Source: Scenedesmus sp. PABB004 | Lineage: Eukaryota | DNA: 64,000 nt | Assembly (NCBI GenBank): GCA_014905635.1 | Contig: JABVCE010000012.1 | Span: 496,001 to 560,000, forward strand | Direction: 5' to 3' | Shown here: piece after piece, positions 13,493-24,600 of the stretch | How positions within the stretch are numbered: the first letter of the stretch is position 1 | How the letters are laid out: each line of letters begins with the position of its first letter | Program-made: the position numbers and the translations under genes | Notes under the pieces: model-generated | What the model was told of the DNA's origin: nothing | Databases searched by the model: none | Seen by the model: the letters and a program-made list of their open reading frames with translations, nothing else

Positions 13493-14519
13493 GGTGCCAC
13501 CTGACAGCCTGCGGGCCACCAGGGAGCAGCAGGCGGGGCACCGGCAGCGGCGGGCGAGCGCGCGCGGGCGGCGTGAGCGCGGCAGCAGCGCGTGCCCCCG
13601 CCCCGGCGCGGCGGCGCGGGGACGGGCCTGCCAGCGACGCCCGAGGCGCGCGAAACCAGCGGCCCACGCCACACGCCCGCCCGCCGCGCACCGCCGCAGC
13701 CCCCGCCGCCCGCAGCGGGCGCCGCGCAGCGCTGGCCGCCCGCCAGTGCCCTCCCCGCCTGCCCGCGCGCGCCCGGCTCGCCTGGCGCTGCGCTGGGCGG
13801 CACGGCCCGACCGTCAGGCGCCCGCAGGGGCGCGCCGCGGGCGAGGGGGCGGGCGCTGGGCGGCGGCGACGCGGTGCGTGCGGGCGCCGTGTGGGCGGCG
13901 CGGCCGGCGCTTGTGCGTGTGCGTGCGTGTGCGGCAGGGGCTGAGGGCGGCGGCTGTGGGCGGCGGGGCGGCGCGCGCGGGGGCCTCCTCGGCGGCGCGC
14001 GGCGGGCCGCCGGCCGGGCGGCGCCTGCGCCCTGGGCCCTGCACCGCCACCGCCCGCTCGCGTGTGTCGTGTGCTACCTTTACACGGGCTCTCGTTGTAC
14101 ACTGGAACCAGGGTCAACATTGGGAGGGAAAGGCGGCGCGCGCGCGCGGCGGCGCCGACGAGGGCCGACACGCGCCGGCGAGGGCCGCGCGGTGGTGCAA
14201 CAGTGCGCGCGCGAGCCGACATGACGATGGAAGAAGGGCCGCAGCGGCGGCGGCGCACACGGCGCCGTGCCGGCGGACAGACGGATGCCTAGTGTCAACG
14301 CTGCGTGCGCAGGCGGCACGCGGCCGCGCGCCCCTGCCCGCCCGCCGCCGCCGTCGCGCGGCGGGCGGGCCACGGCCCGTCGCCAAATACAAGCTGCTTA
14401 TTGCCGCTGCCAAAACCGGTTCAACTTGGGGTTTTTTCTTTCTTTCTCGACTGCGCCGCCACACACCACTGGCATTGGACGAGCCGCCACACTCCAGAGC
14501 CCGCCCCGCCCCGCCCGCC

Positions 14520-16980
14520 TCACATCGCGGGCGCGAGCGCGGGCGCGTGCGCCTGCTGCGGCAGGCCGCGCGGCGCGCCCGCCGCGCCGTCGGCGAGCGC
14601 GCTGAGCAGGCTGCTGCGCATGACGTCGAGGCGGAGGAAGACGGTGGACCGCCCGATCGCGCCGCGCGTGTCCTCGTTCGCAAAGCTCGCCGTCGCGACG
14701 ACGTCGGCCCCAAACTTGCGCTGCAGGCGGCACCGCGCGCGCAGCAGCGCGCGCATCGCGACGCCGCACGCCGCCGCGCCCGCGAGCTGCAGCGCGACGT
14801 GCCCGCCGCCGAGCACGTTGTGGATGATGGCGTTGCTCAGCTTGTTCACGTCCGTGTGCGCGCCCGCCTTGAGCAGCGGCGCGGCGGCGGCGGCGCCGGC
14901 GCTGGCTGCGCCAGCGCCCGCGCACGCGCCGCCGTCCGCCGCGGGCGCGCCGTCGCGGCCGGCCATGCACGCGGGCACGCCCACGGGCGGCGGCAGCGCG
15001 ACCGCGAGCTGCGCGGCGCTGGCCTTGGCGACGACAAAGCCCAGCGGCGGGTCGGCCGCGTCGCCGAGCTGCGCCGCGGCGCCAGGGCGCGCAAAGGGCA
15101 CAAACACGAGCTCCTCGTCGCTGCGCGGCGGGGGCGCCGCGTGCGTGGGCTCGCCGCCGGCGAGGCCCGTCAGCGCGGCCGCCGCGCCGACGCCGGCCGC
15201 GCCCGCGGCGGCCATGTGGGCGTTCACGTAGAAGCGCGCCACGGCGAGCGACTTGGCCGCGACGTGCGTCGCGGCGGCCGCCTGGTCGCCCGCGCGCGAG
15301 AGCGAGAGCAGCAGGCAGCTCCCGTGCCGGCTCACGACCTTGGCGAGCGCGCCCGCGGCGTCCTTGACGCACGAGAGCGACGAGACTGTCACCGTGCCCG
15401 CGTCGCGCGCCGCGTGCGCGCCGCCGTGCCCGCGCGGGCGGCTCGCGGCGCTGAAGCCGCTCGCCACGCTGCCGGCGCTGCTGCCCGGCCGGCTCGCGCC
15501 GGCGTACGGCCCGTGCGGCGGCGGCGGCGCCCAGCCCGACGCCATCGGCGTCGACGCGCCGCTGCCCGCGTCGCCGGCGTGCTCGCCGCCGCCGGGCGGC
15601 GCCGCAAAGGACGGCGGCGGCGCCGCGCCGGGGTGGTGGTGGTGGCCGGGGAAGGCCCAGGTCGCCGGCACGGCGGCAAAGGGCGGCAGGCCCACCGGGA
15701 CTGGGACAGGGTAGTAGACCGGCACAGGCACCTGCAGCGCCGCCGCCTGGTGCGCGTGCCACGCAGCCATGTGGTGCTGCTGCTGCTGCCACGCCGCCGC
15801 CGCCGCGGCCTGCTGGTGCTGCCAGGCGGCGAGCGCCGCCGGGTCGGGCGGCGGCGCGTGCTGCTCCTGCTGCTGCGGGTGCCAGTACGGCGGGGGCGGC
15901 TGCTGTCCGCCGGGGTACGGCTGCGCCTGCGCGGCATACTCGGGCTGCTGCTCCTCGCACACAAACTCCTGCTGCTGCTGCTGCTCCTCGGCCGCATACT
16001 GCTGCTGCTGCTGCTGCTGCTGCTGCCCCTCAACCTCAAACTGCTGCGCCTGCAGCCGCTCCTCCAGCGCCTCCTCGGCCGCCGGCGACTCAGGCGACTC
16101 GCACGCGCCCGCGCAGCTGCCGCTGCCGCTGCCGCTGCTGCGCGCGCCGAGGCTGCGCGCGGCGAGCGCCGTGGCGGCCGCCGCGGCGAGGTAGGCCTGG
16201 GGGTAGAACTCCGCCGACGCGGCGCTCAGCTGCGACGCCCGGCCGCTGCTGCCCTCGGACTGCGCGCACTCCTCGCTGCGCGCCGCGCGCGACTCGCCGG
16301 CGGCCGCCGCCTGCGCCGCGCCGCCGTCGCGCGGCGCGGCGTCCGCCTCCACCGCCGCCGCCGCCGCCGCCGCGTCGCCGCCGCTGACGGCCACGACCGC
16401 GAGGGGGACCTGGATGGGGACGGAGCCGATGTGGATAGTCGTGCTGCCCGGCCGCGCCAGGTCAGCGGCGCCGCCGCCGAGCAGCAGCGCGAGGTCGGAC
16501 GCGCTGCTGGAGGCGCTGAGCTCGGGGCTGGCCGTGCCCGCCACGCTGGCGGCGAGGCCCGGCGGCGCGCCCTCGCCGCTGCCGAGCGGCAGCGGCGGCG
16601 ACTGCGCGCCGAAAGGCACCTGGTCGAGGCTGCGCCGCGAGCTGGGGGCCAGGGCCGGCCTGCGTGCACAGGCGGGCGGCGCATGGGCGCGTCAGGCGCG
16701 CGCGGGCGGGGCGGCGGGCGCCGGAGGGGCCCGGGCGCGCGCGGGTGCCCGCCCGCCACAGACAGCGTGGCCGCAGGCCACGCTGTCCCGCCCGGCCCCG
16801 TCCCCGCGCGGCGCGGCGGGGCACGCGACCGCACGCGCACCTCGCGGCCGCGGCCTGGGGGGCGCGGCATGGCCGGCCCTTGCTCCTGTGGGCGTCGGCG
16901 GGCCCGTGCGCCGGAGTGCTCTTGGAAAGCTTGCTGCCGAGCCGCCCGAGGTCGGGCTGGATGCTAATGCGCGGCAGCAT
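14520..16980 (-). CDS. PAM2-motif, Q/P-rich protein with two C-terminal SpoVS-like (Alba-type fold) domains; 2 exons
   Basis: Exon 1 MLPRISIQ... joins in phase (intron ~16660-16842) to ORF 14520..16619. Domain 1 VTVSSLSCVKDAAGALAKVV...AAKSLAVARFYV and domain 2 LKAGAHTDVNKLSNAI...ALLRARCRL...ADVVATASF resemble bacterial SpoVS. SQLSAASAEFYP is PAM2-like. TGTAA at 14080-14084 (-). Confidence 0.7.
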
Positions 16981-17466
16981 CGTGGCGCGCCGCTCTGGAG
17001 CGGGCTGGCGCGGCCGCCTCCAGCAGGTTCGGCCCGCTGCTGCGGCGGGCGCTGCTCCGATGCCGCGGGCGAGCGGCTCGAGCTGTGAGAGATGGCTCGA
17101 AACGAAACTGGAGCGGGCGCGGGGAGCGGCCTCGGCCAAACCGCAGACCTGCGGCGTGTGGCATTTTTGCGGGCGACCGCTGGACTCCCCGTGTTCGCGC
17201 TGTCGCGGGCAGCGGCGCCGGCGGCGCGCATCGCGGCCGGATCCGCAGACAATCCGATCGTCGCTCAGCCCGGCGCACGCCGCACGCCGGGACGTGCCGT
17301 CCCCGCGCGCCATCACCGCCCGCTCCCGACCTGCTCCTGCGGTCCCTGGTCCCCGTCGCACGCCCGTCACGCGCCTCTCGACTGCCGCCCGCCGCGGCGC
17401 AAGCTCGGGCGCACCGGGCGCCCCGCCAGCGCCAGCGGCGCGACGGCAGCAGCGGCGTCGGCGGCG

Positions 17467-18911
17467 ATGGCAGCCGCGCCAGACGTCCTGGACCTCACCA
17501 ACGCCCACCTGCGCGACCTGGAGGGCGTGGAACTCGCACCCGGCCTCACGGTCCGCGGCGCGGCCGGGGCTCCGCGGCGAGCCGCTGCCGGTGCGGCGCG
17601 GCGCCGCCCACCCGCCCACCCGCCCGCCCGCCCGCCCGCAGGCGCTCGACCTGACCGCCAACCGGCTGCAGGCGCTGGACCCGCGCGTCCTTGCGCTCAC
17701 GGGTGCGCACCGCACGGGAGCGCGCAGCACGCGGCGGGGGCGCCGCCGCCGCGCCCCGCGCTGCCCGCCGCCCCACGCCGCACGCCGCGCGCCGCGCCCG
17801 CGCCCGCGCCCAGGCCTGCGCGCGCTCAACCTGCGCCAGAACATCCTGCCCGACGCGGCGCCGCTCGCCGGCGCGGCCTGCAAGGGCGCGCTGCAGGACC
17901 TGGAGCTGCGGGACAACCATCTCACCGAGGCGCGCCGGCGGCGGCGGCGGCGGCGGAGGCGGCGCGCGGCGTCGCAGCCGATTGCACCGCGCGCAACGCG
18001 CCCGCACCCGCCGCCGCCTCGGTCCGCAGATCCCGCCGCTCGAGGGCTTCAGCGCGCTCACGCGGCTCGAGCTCTCCTACAACCAGGCGCGCGCCGGCTG
18101 CAGCGGGGGCGCGCGGGGCGCCGGGCGCGGGGCGCGGGGCGCCGCCGCGCCGCCCCGCTGGTGCCGCGGCCCGAGGAGCCCCGCGCGGCCGCCCGCGCCG
18201 CGCCGCGCCGCAGATCCGCTCGCTCGAGCCGCTGAGCGGCCTCGCGCGCGGCCCCGGCGGCGCGCCGCCGCTGTCTGAGCTGTACGTCGCGGCGAACAAG
18301 GTCCCCGTGATCGAGGCGCTGTCGGGGCTGAGCACCCTGACCGCGCTCGAGCTCGGCAGCAACCGCATCCGCACGATTGAGGGCCTCGAGGTGCGGCGGC
18401 GGCGCACGCGGCGGCGGCGGCGGTGGTGCGCACGCGCTCGCCAGGGGGCCTGGTCCGCGACGGGCGCGCGTTGCCCGCGCCCGCGCGCGTGCAGAGCCAG
18501 GCGTCGCTCGCGGAGCTGTGGCTCGGCCGCAACCGCGTGTCGCGCATCGAGGGCCTGTCCCACATGACCGCGCTGCGCCGCCTGTCGCTGCAGAGCAACC
18601 GGTGCGCCGCGCACGCGCCCCGCCGCGCGCGCGCCGCCGCCGCCGCCGCCGCCGATTCACCCCTTGCCGCGCCGCACCGCGCCGCGCCGCGCCGCGCCGC
18701 GGCAGGCTGGAGAGCATGGCGGGCGTGTCGCCGCTGACCGCGCTCGCCGAGCTCTACCTGTCGCACAACGGCATCACGGACCTCGACCCAGGGCTCACCG
18801 CGCTGCGCGGGCTCAAGGCGCGCCGCCGCCGCCGCCGCCGCGCCGGCGGCGCCGCCGCGGGGCCAGGCGCCCGGCGGAGCCCGCGCGCCCGCGCGCACGC
18901 CGCCGCCGACT

Positions 18912-18950
<39 letters not shown>

Positions 18951-19296
18951 ACGCTGCCGCCGCCGCCGCCGCCGCCGCCGCGCGCGCCAGGTGCTGGACG
19001 TGTCGAACAACCGCCTGTCGCGCGTGGAGCACCTCGCCGGCCTGACCGCGCTGGAGGACCTGTGGCTGAACGACAACCTCATCCCCTCACTGGCCGGCCT
19101 CGACGCCGCGCTGGCCGACCAGCGGGCGAGCCTGACCACGATCTACCTCCAGCGCAACCCCGCCGCCGACGCGCCCGACTACGCGGCCACGCTGCTCGCG
19201 CTGCTGCCGCGGCTCGCGCAGCTCGACGCCGACGTGCTGCCGGCGCGGCAGCAGGCGCAGCGGGCCGGCGGTGGCGGCGGCGGCGGCGGCGCGTGA
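17467..19296 (+). CDS. SDS22: SDS22-like leucine-rich-repeat protein phosphatase 1 regulatory subunit (8 exons)
   Basis: Consecutive SDS22-type LRRs (LDLTANRL, LELRDNHL, LELSYNQI, LELGSNRIRTIEGL, LWLGRNRV, LSLQSNRL, LYLSHNGI, LWLNDNLI) followed by an LRR cap TIYLQRNP...LPRLAQLDA. Confidence 0.88.
18901..18980. repeat. Imperfect (GCC)n microsatellite in SDS22 intron 7
   Basis: Directly visible. Confidence 0.85.
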
Positions 19297-19453
19297 GCAG
19301 CGCGGTGGGGCGGGGCGGGGGTCGCGCGCTGGGCGGCGGGTGCACTGAAATCGCGGGCGGGCGCTGCGACGCGCCGGGCTGGCACCCGAGTGGGAGAGCT
19401 GGGGTCTGTGCGAGTCGCAGGAAAACTCGTGGCTGGGCGCTCGGCACGCGGGT

Positions 19454-20026
19454 GGCGGTGCAGGGCCCAGGGCGCAGGCGCCGCCCGGCCGGCTGCCCGC
19501 GCCACCGCCGAGGAGCCCTCCCCGCGCGCGCCGCCCCGCTGACCACAGCCGCTGACCTCGACCCCCCTGCCACACACGCACACGCACAAGCGCCGGCCGC
19601 GCCGCCCACACAGCTCGCGCGCGCACCGCGCCGCCGGCGCCACACGCCCGCCCGCGGCGCGGCCCTGGCCAGGCGGGGCGCGGGCCTGCGGGCTCCTGAC
19701 GGCCGGTCCGTGCCGCCCAGCGCAGCGCCAGGCGAGCCGCGCGCGCGGGCAGGCGAGGAGGGCAGCGGCGGGCGGGCCGCGCTGCGCGGCGCCCGCTGCG
19801 GGCGGCGGGGGCAGCGGCGGTGCGCGACGGGCGGGCTTAATGGGTGATCACGCAGGCTTGCGCGCCCCGGGCGCCGCTGGCAGGCCCGCCGCCGCGCGGA
19901 CACGCTGGGCCGGGAGCGGGCGCCGCGCGCTGCTGCTGCTGCGCTCACGCCGCCCGCGCTCTCGCCCGCTGCTGCCGGCGCCCCGCCTGCTGCTCCCTGG
20001 TGGCCCGCAGGCTGTCAGGTGGCACC
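19454..20026 (+). promoter_or_regulatory. Conserved ~570-bp upstream block of the F-box/ankyrin cassette; also at ~11657-12216, 13493-14050, 37520-38095, 43816-44408, 53222-53790, 55727-56303, 60044-60628 and 61855-62425 (all -)
   Basis: All copies begin near GGCGGTGCAGGGCCCAGGGCGC, contain a CACACGCACACGCACAAGCGCCGG-like segment, and end with a GGCCCGCAGGCTGTCAGGTGGCACCATG-like segment. Confidence 0.8.
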
Positions 20027-21049
20027 ATGTCTGCTGCGCCGGCGGGCAAGCGGCGCGCCGGGCCGACCACACGCGCGCTGCGGCCGCAGCTGCGGCATGC
20101 GAGGCACCGGCTGGGGCGGAGGCGGCGCCGAGGTGGGCCCGCTGCTGCTGCCGCTGGTGCCCCCTGGCTGACGCTGCTGCCTGGCGCTTCACGTGCTGCG
20201 TTCAAGCCCTCCCACTGCCGGCAGCAGGCGCGGCCTGACCGCCCGCCGCCCGCCCCACCCGCCCGCGCCGCTAGCAGCCTGTGGCGGGACCTGCCCGAGC
20301 CGCTCGTGCTCCACGTCCTGGGCTTCCTGCCGCCCGCCCTGCAGGCGTGGGCTGCCAGGCTGGTCTGCAAGGCGGCGCGCGAGCGCTTCCGCGGCGCCAC
20401 CGTCATCTCAGCGGGCTGCCCCGAGCTGCCGCTGGCGGCGGTGCAGGAGGCCTGGCGGGCGGAGGGGGGTGACGTGGCGCAGCAGCGGTGGCTGGTGCAG
20501 GCGCGTGCCGCGTGCGGCGACGTGGCGGGGCTGGCCTGGCTGCACGGCGCCGGCTGCGACATGGGCGGCGCGTGCTGGCAAGCAGCGGAGCACGGCCAGC
20601 TCGCCGTGCTGGAGTGGGTGCGCGACGAGGAGCTGGACCTGGCGGGCGTGTGCGGCGCAGCAGCTCGCACTGGCCACATCGCCGTGCTGGAGCGGGCGCG
20701 CGGTGAGGGGCTCAACCTGGGGCGCGTGTGCGAAGAAGCAGCCTCTGGGGGGCAGCTGGCGGTGCTGCGCTGGGCGCGCGCGCAGACGCCGCCGCTGCCG
20801 TGGGGCAGTGTGTGCTACAACGCCGCAGAGCGCGGCGACCTGGAGATGCTGCGCTGGGCGCGCGCCCAGGCCGCGCCAGCGCCGTGGGACGTGTGGGCGT
20901 GCTGGGTGGCGACTCTATGCGGGCACCTGGAGGCGCTGCGCTGGCTGCGCGCACACGACTGCCCGTGGTGGCGCAGCAACTGCGAGGACGTGGCGGCAGA
21001 CAGCAGCGACGAGGCCATGTTGGCGTGGATCCGGGCGCAGGACGACTGA
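20027..21049 (+). CDS. F-box-like/ankyrin-repeat protein, copy C (the only + strand copy)
   Basis: MSAAPAGKRR... start; [20 protein letters not shown]-box-like motif; repeats ending [16 protein letters not shown]...WIRAQDD*. Confidence 0.8.
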   Translation: MSAAPAGKRRAGPTTRALRPQLRHARHRLGRRRRRGGPAAAAAGAPWLTLLPGASRAAFKPSHCRQQARPDRPPPAPPARAASSLWRDLPEPLVLHVLGFLPPALQAWAARLVCKAARERFRGATVISAGCPELPLAAVQEAWRAEGGDVAQQRWLVQARAACGDVAGLAWLHGAGCDMGGACWQAAEHGQLAVLEWVRDEELDLAGVCGAAARTGHIAVLERARGEGLNLGRVCEEAASGGQLAVLRWARAQTPPLPWGSVCYNAAERGDLEMLRWARAQAAPAPWDVWACWVATLCGHLEALRWLRAHDCPWWRSNCEDVAADSSDEAMLAWIRAQDD

Positions 21050-21699
21050 GAGTGCCTGAGCGAGCTGCCCAGCGCGGCGGGATGAGCGAGCTGCGGCTGC
21101 ACTGCTGCGTGCTGCGTGCCGCGCGCTGCCGCCGGCGTGGCGCGCGCTCAGTTGGCGCGCGGCGGGCTGTGCGCGCGTGTCGGCAAGAGAGTGCAAGCTC
21201 GTTGCAGATCGCAATGCGCCCCCGGCCCGCGCTTGAGCCAAACCCTTGCACCGCCGCCGCACGCCGCTGCCCCGCCCCGCCGCCGCCGCCTCCTGCGCGC
21301 TCAGTGCCGCGGCGCGAGCTGCTCCGTCGCACCGCCGCATCGCCCCGCCCCTCAGCGCCACGCCCCGCGCTCTGCTCGGCGCGCCTCGCCAGCGACCGCT
21401 CGCGCTCTCAGCCGGCCGCGCGCGCGTCGTCCCAGGCCTTCTCCCAGCGATTCACGTCGCTCCTGCGCGACCGTCGCGAAGGTGCGCGCGCCCTCCGCGC
21501 GAGCAGGGTTTCGGGGGCTCGCAGGGGCCCGGCCGCTCGCTCCGGGCCCGCGCGGCTGCGCGGCGCAGCGCGACGTGCCCGTCAGGTCGTGGCCAGCCCC
21601 CTCGCCGCGCGGCGAGCTGCTGCGCGGGCAGCGGCGCCGCCGGCGCCGGCGGCGCGCGCGGCGCCGCACCGACCGCTCCGTGCCGCCGCGCGACGGCAG

Positions 21700-24600
21700 A
21701 TGGGGACCAAGAAGGCGCCCGGCCCCAAGGCCAAGCTGCACTACTTCAAAAACCTCGACCTCACCGACCTGCTCACGCCCGCCGACGACCGGGAGGGCGC
21801 GTTCACGGGTGCGCCGCGGTGGCGGCACTGCGCTGACCGGCCAATGCGCGCGCCCTCTCTCGCTGTGCCCGACACGCCGCGCCGCCACCGCCGCGCAGCG
21901 ACCAAGCTGGTGTGCTCGCTGGGGCCGAGCAGCCACAGCGTGGGCGTGCTCGAGGAGATGCTGCGCGCGGGCATGGTCGCGGCGCGCATCGACCTCACCT
22001 GGGGCGGCCTCGACTTCCACCGCGCGACGCTGCAGGCCCTCAACGTGCGCGGCGCGCCGCCAAGGGCGGGTCGCGCGCGCACGCGCGCGCATTGCGGCCG
22101 CCGACGCCGCCCGCTCGCACCCGCTGCCGCGCCGGCCCGCAGACGGCGATGGCCAGCACCAAGAAGCTGTGCGCGGTGGTGCTGAGCACGCTCGGCCGCG
22201 AGGTCATGGTCCGCCGGCCCTGCGTCGTCGGCGACGACGGCTGGCCGCTGCACCCGGCCCCCTTCAACGTCGACGCGGGGCAGACGGTCACGCTCACGAC
22301 GCGCGCCGACGCCGAGGCGAGCTCCGAGCTGCTGCCCGTGACCTACGCGCACCTGCACAACATGTGCGAGGCGGGCGACACCATCTACATCGGCCGGTGA
22401 GCTGCACTTGGAGTGCTGGGCGCGCCGCCGCGGCCGGCGGCTGCGGAGCGTCGGTCTGATGCGTCGCTGGCCCGCCGCGCAGGTACCTCGTGTGCGGCGC
22501 CGACAGCGCGTCGCTGTACCTCAAGGTGCTGTCGGTGGAGGGCCAGGACATCGTGTGCGAGGCCCAGAACAGCGCGGTCATGGACGGCCTCATGACGGTG
22601 CGGCGCCCGCTCGCAGGACGGCGCGCGCAGGACGGCGCGCGCAGGACGGCGCGCACAGGGCCGCAGGGCAACAGCTCACATGCACGCCGCGCCGCAGGTC
22701 TTCCACATGGAGCGCTCCAGCGACAGCCTGTCCAACCTGCAGAACAACCTGCCCCTCTTCAGCGACTACGACATGGAGGCGGTCGAGGCGCTGGGGCGGG
22801 AGTTTGAAATCGACTTCATCATCCCCGCCTACACGCGCACGCGGTGAGCCGCGGCGGCGCTCGGCGCGGCGCCCCCGCGCGCGCGGCGGCGCCGCTGCGC
22901 CGCGCCCTGACCCCGGCCTGCACCCGGCTCGGCGGCGGCGGCGCCACTGCACCACGCCCTGACCCCGGCCTGCACGCGGCTGCGGCGCGCCCGCGGCGCA
23001 GGGAGGACGTGCGCGAGGCGCGCGCGTTCCTGGACTCTGTGGGCATGGCGTCGACGCGCGTGCTGGCCAAGGTCGAGACGCGCCAGGCGCTGCTCAACTT
23101 CAGGGGCATCCTCGCCAGCGCCGACGGCGTGGTCATCAGCAGGCGCGCGCGCGGCGCGCGGCGCGTCCTGCAAGCGTCCTGCAAGCGCGCGCGCGCGCGG
23201 GTGGGCCGCCGCCCTGCGCGCGCGCGCCGAGCGCCGCCCGACGAGCCGGGCGGGCGTGCGCGGCCCGCGCGCAGGGGCAACATCGGCCTGGACGTCGCGC
23301 CGGAGAAGATGGCGCTGGTGCAGAAGCAGCTGATCAGCAACTGCAACCTCATGGGCAAGCCGGTGCTCATCACGCGCGTGGTGGACAGCATGGTCACCAA
23401 CCCCCGCCCCACGCGCGCAGAGGCGACGGGTGCGGGAGCCGCACCACCGCCGCCGCATGCTCCGCGCGCTGCGCCCCGTCGCGGGCTCCACATCGCCGCT
23501 GGCTGACGCGCGCGCGCCCGCGCCGGCGTGCAGACATCGCCAACGCGGTGCTCGACGGCGTGGACGGCATCCTGCTGGGCGCGGAGACGCTGCGCGGCGA
23601 GTACCCGGTCGAGACGGTGGCCACGATCGGCCAGATCTGCAGGTGCGGTGGCGCATGCGCCGCGGCGGCGCGCGCCGCGGCGGCGCACACCGCGGCGGCG
23701 CGGCCGCCTGCCTGCCGCGCGCCGGCTGCCTGCGCGCCGCCGCCGGCCGCCGCCCGTCCCCTCAGCTTCCGGGCGCGTGTCCGCCCGACTTCCGCAGGGT
23801 CGCGGAGGGCGTGTTTGACTACAACACCCACTATGACTCCCTCATGGACGCGGCGACCGAGATGGACGCCGTCATGCGCGCCGCCGCACAGGCCGCCGCG
23901 CTCGCCGGCGGCCCGCACCTCGCGCACGCGCCGAGCGGCGGCGCCGGCGGCCGCAGCGTCGCGTTTGCGGCCGGCACGAGCGCCGGCGACGACGGCGTCG
24001 AGGGCACGTGCGTGCAGCGGCGGCCGGGCACTGCGCGGGGGCGCGCCGCCGGGCTGCGAGCGCGCCGGGCTGCCGCCCACGCCGCTCCGCGCGCGCAGGC
24101 CCAGCGAGCGCGCCTCGTCGGCCGGCTCGTTCGGCGACCTGCAGGCCCTGGGCGCGGCGACGGCGGCGATGGGCGCGATGGGGTCCAGCGGCAGCCTCAG
24201 CAACATGCAGGCACGCGCCGCGGCCGCCGCCGCCGCCGCTGCCGCCGCCGCCGCCGCCAGCTGGCTGGAGCGCGCGCGCGCCGCCCCTGCGCCGTCTGAG
24301 GAGAGCTCATGCGCGCGCCTCCGCCCGCTCGCCTCGGCCCTGCAAACCCCGCCAAACCGTTCGAACGCAAACCGCCAGTCGGCATACGAAAACTACCAGG
24401 AGCTGCACGCCTTTGCGCGCTTCGGCGGCGCGGGCGCCAACAGTGTGGCGTCCATGCAGATCAAGGGCAGCACCGGTGCGCCGCCGCTGCCGCCGGGCAA
24501 GCTAGCGCCCGGACCGGCCCCGCCCCGCGCCGCGGCGCGCCGCGCGGTGCGCGCGGCTGCTTGCCCGCCGACTGTCGCCGCCGCCGCCGCCGGCGCAGGC

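Noticed and set aside
15769..16194. Cys-rich metallothionein-like ORF
   Set aside because: It is the antisense reading of CAG (poly-Gln) tracts in the SpoVS-like gene.
13023..16967. 1314-aa + strand ORF and the many other long Arg/Ala/Pro-rich ORFs
   Set aside because: Stop-poor shadow frames of very GC-rich DNA; they lie antisense or off-frame to recognisable genes and contain no domain motifs.
19454..21049. Retrocopy/SINE or classical TIR transposon origin of the cassette
   Set aside because: Intron retained, no poly-A tail, and no terminal inverted repeats or target-site duplications that I could identify by eye.
22900..22980. Short direct duplication (CGCCCTGACCCCGGCCTGCAC x2) in a PYK1 intron
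   Set aside because: Simple local slippage duplication; no further structure.
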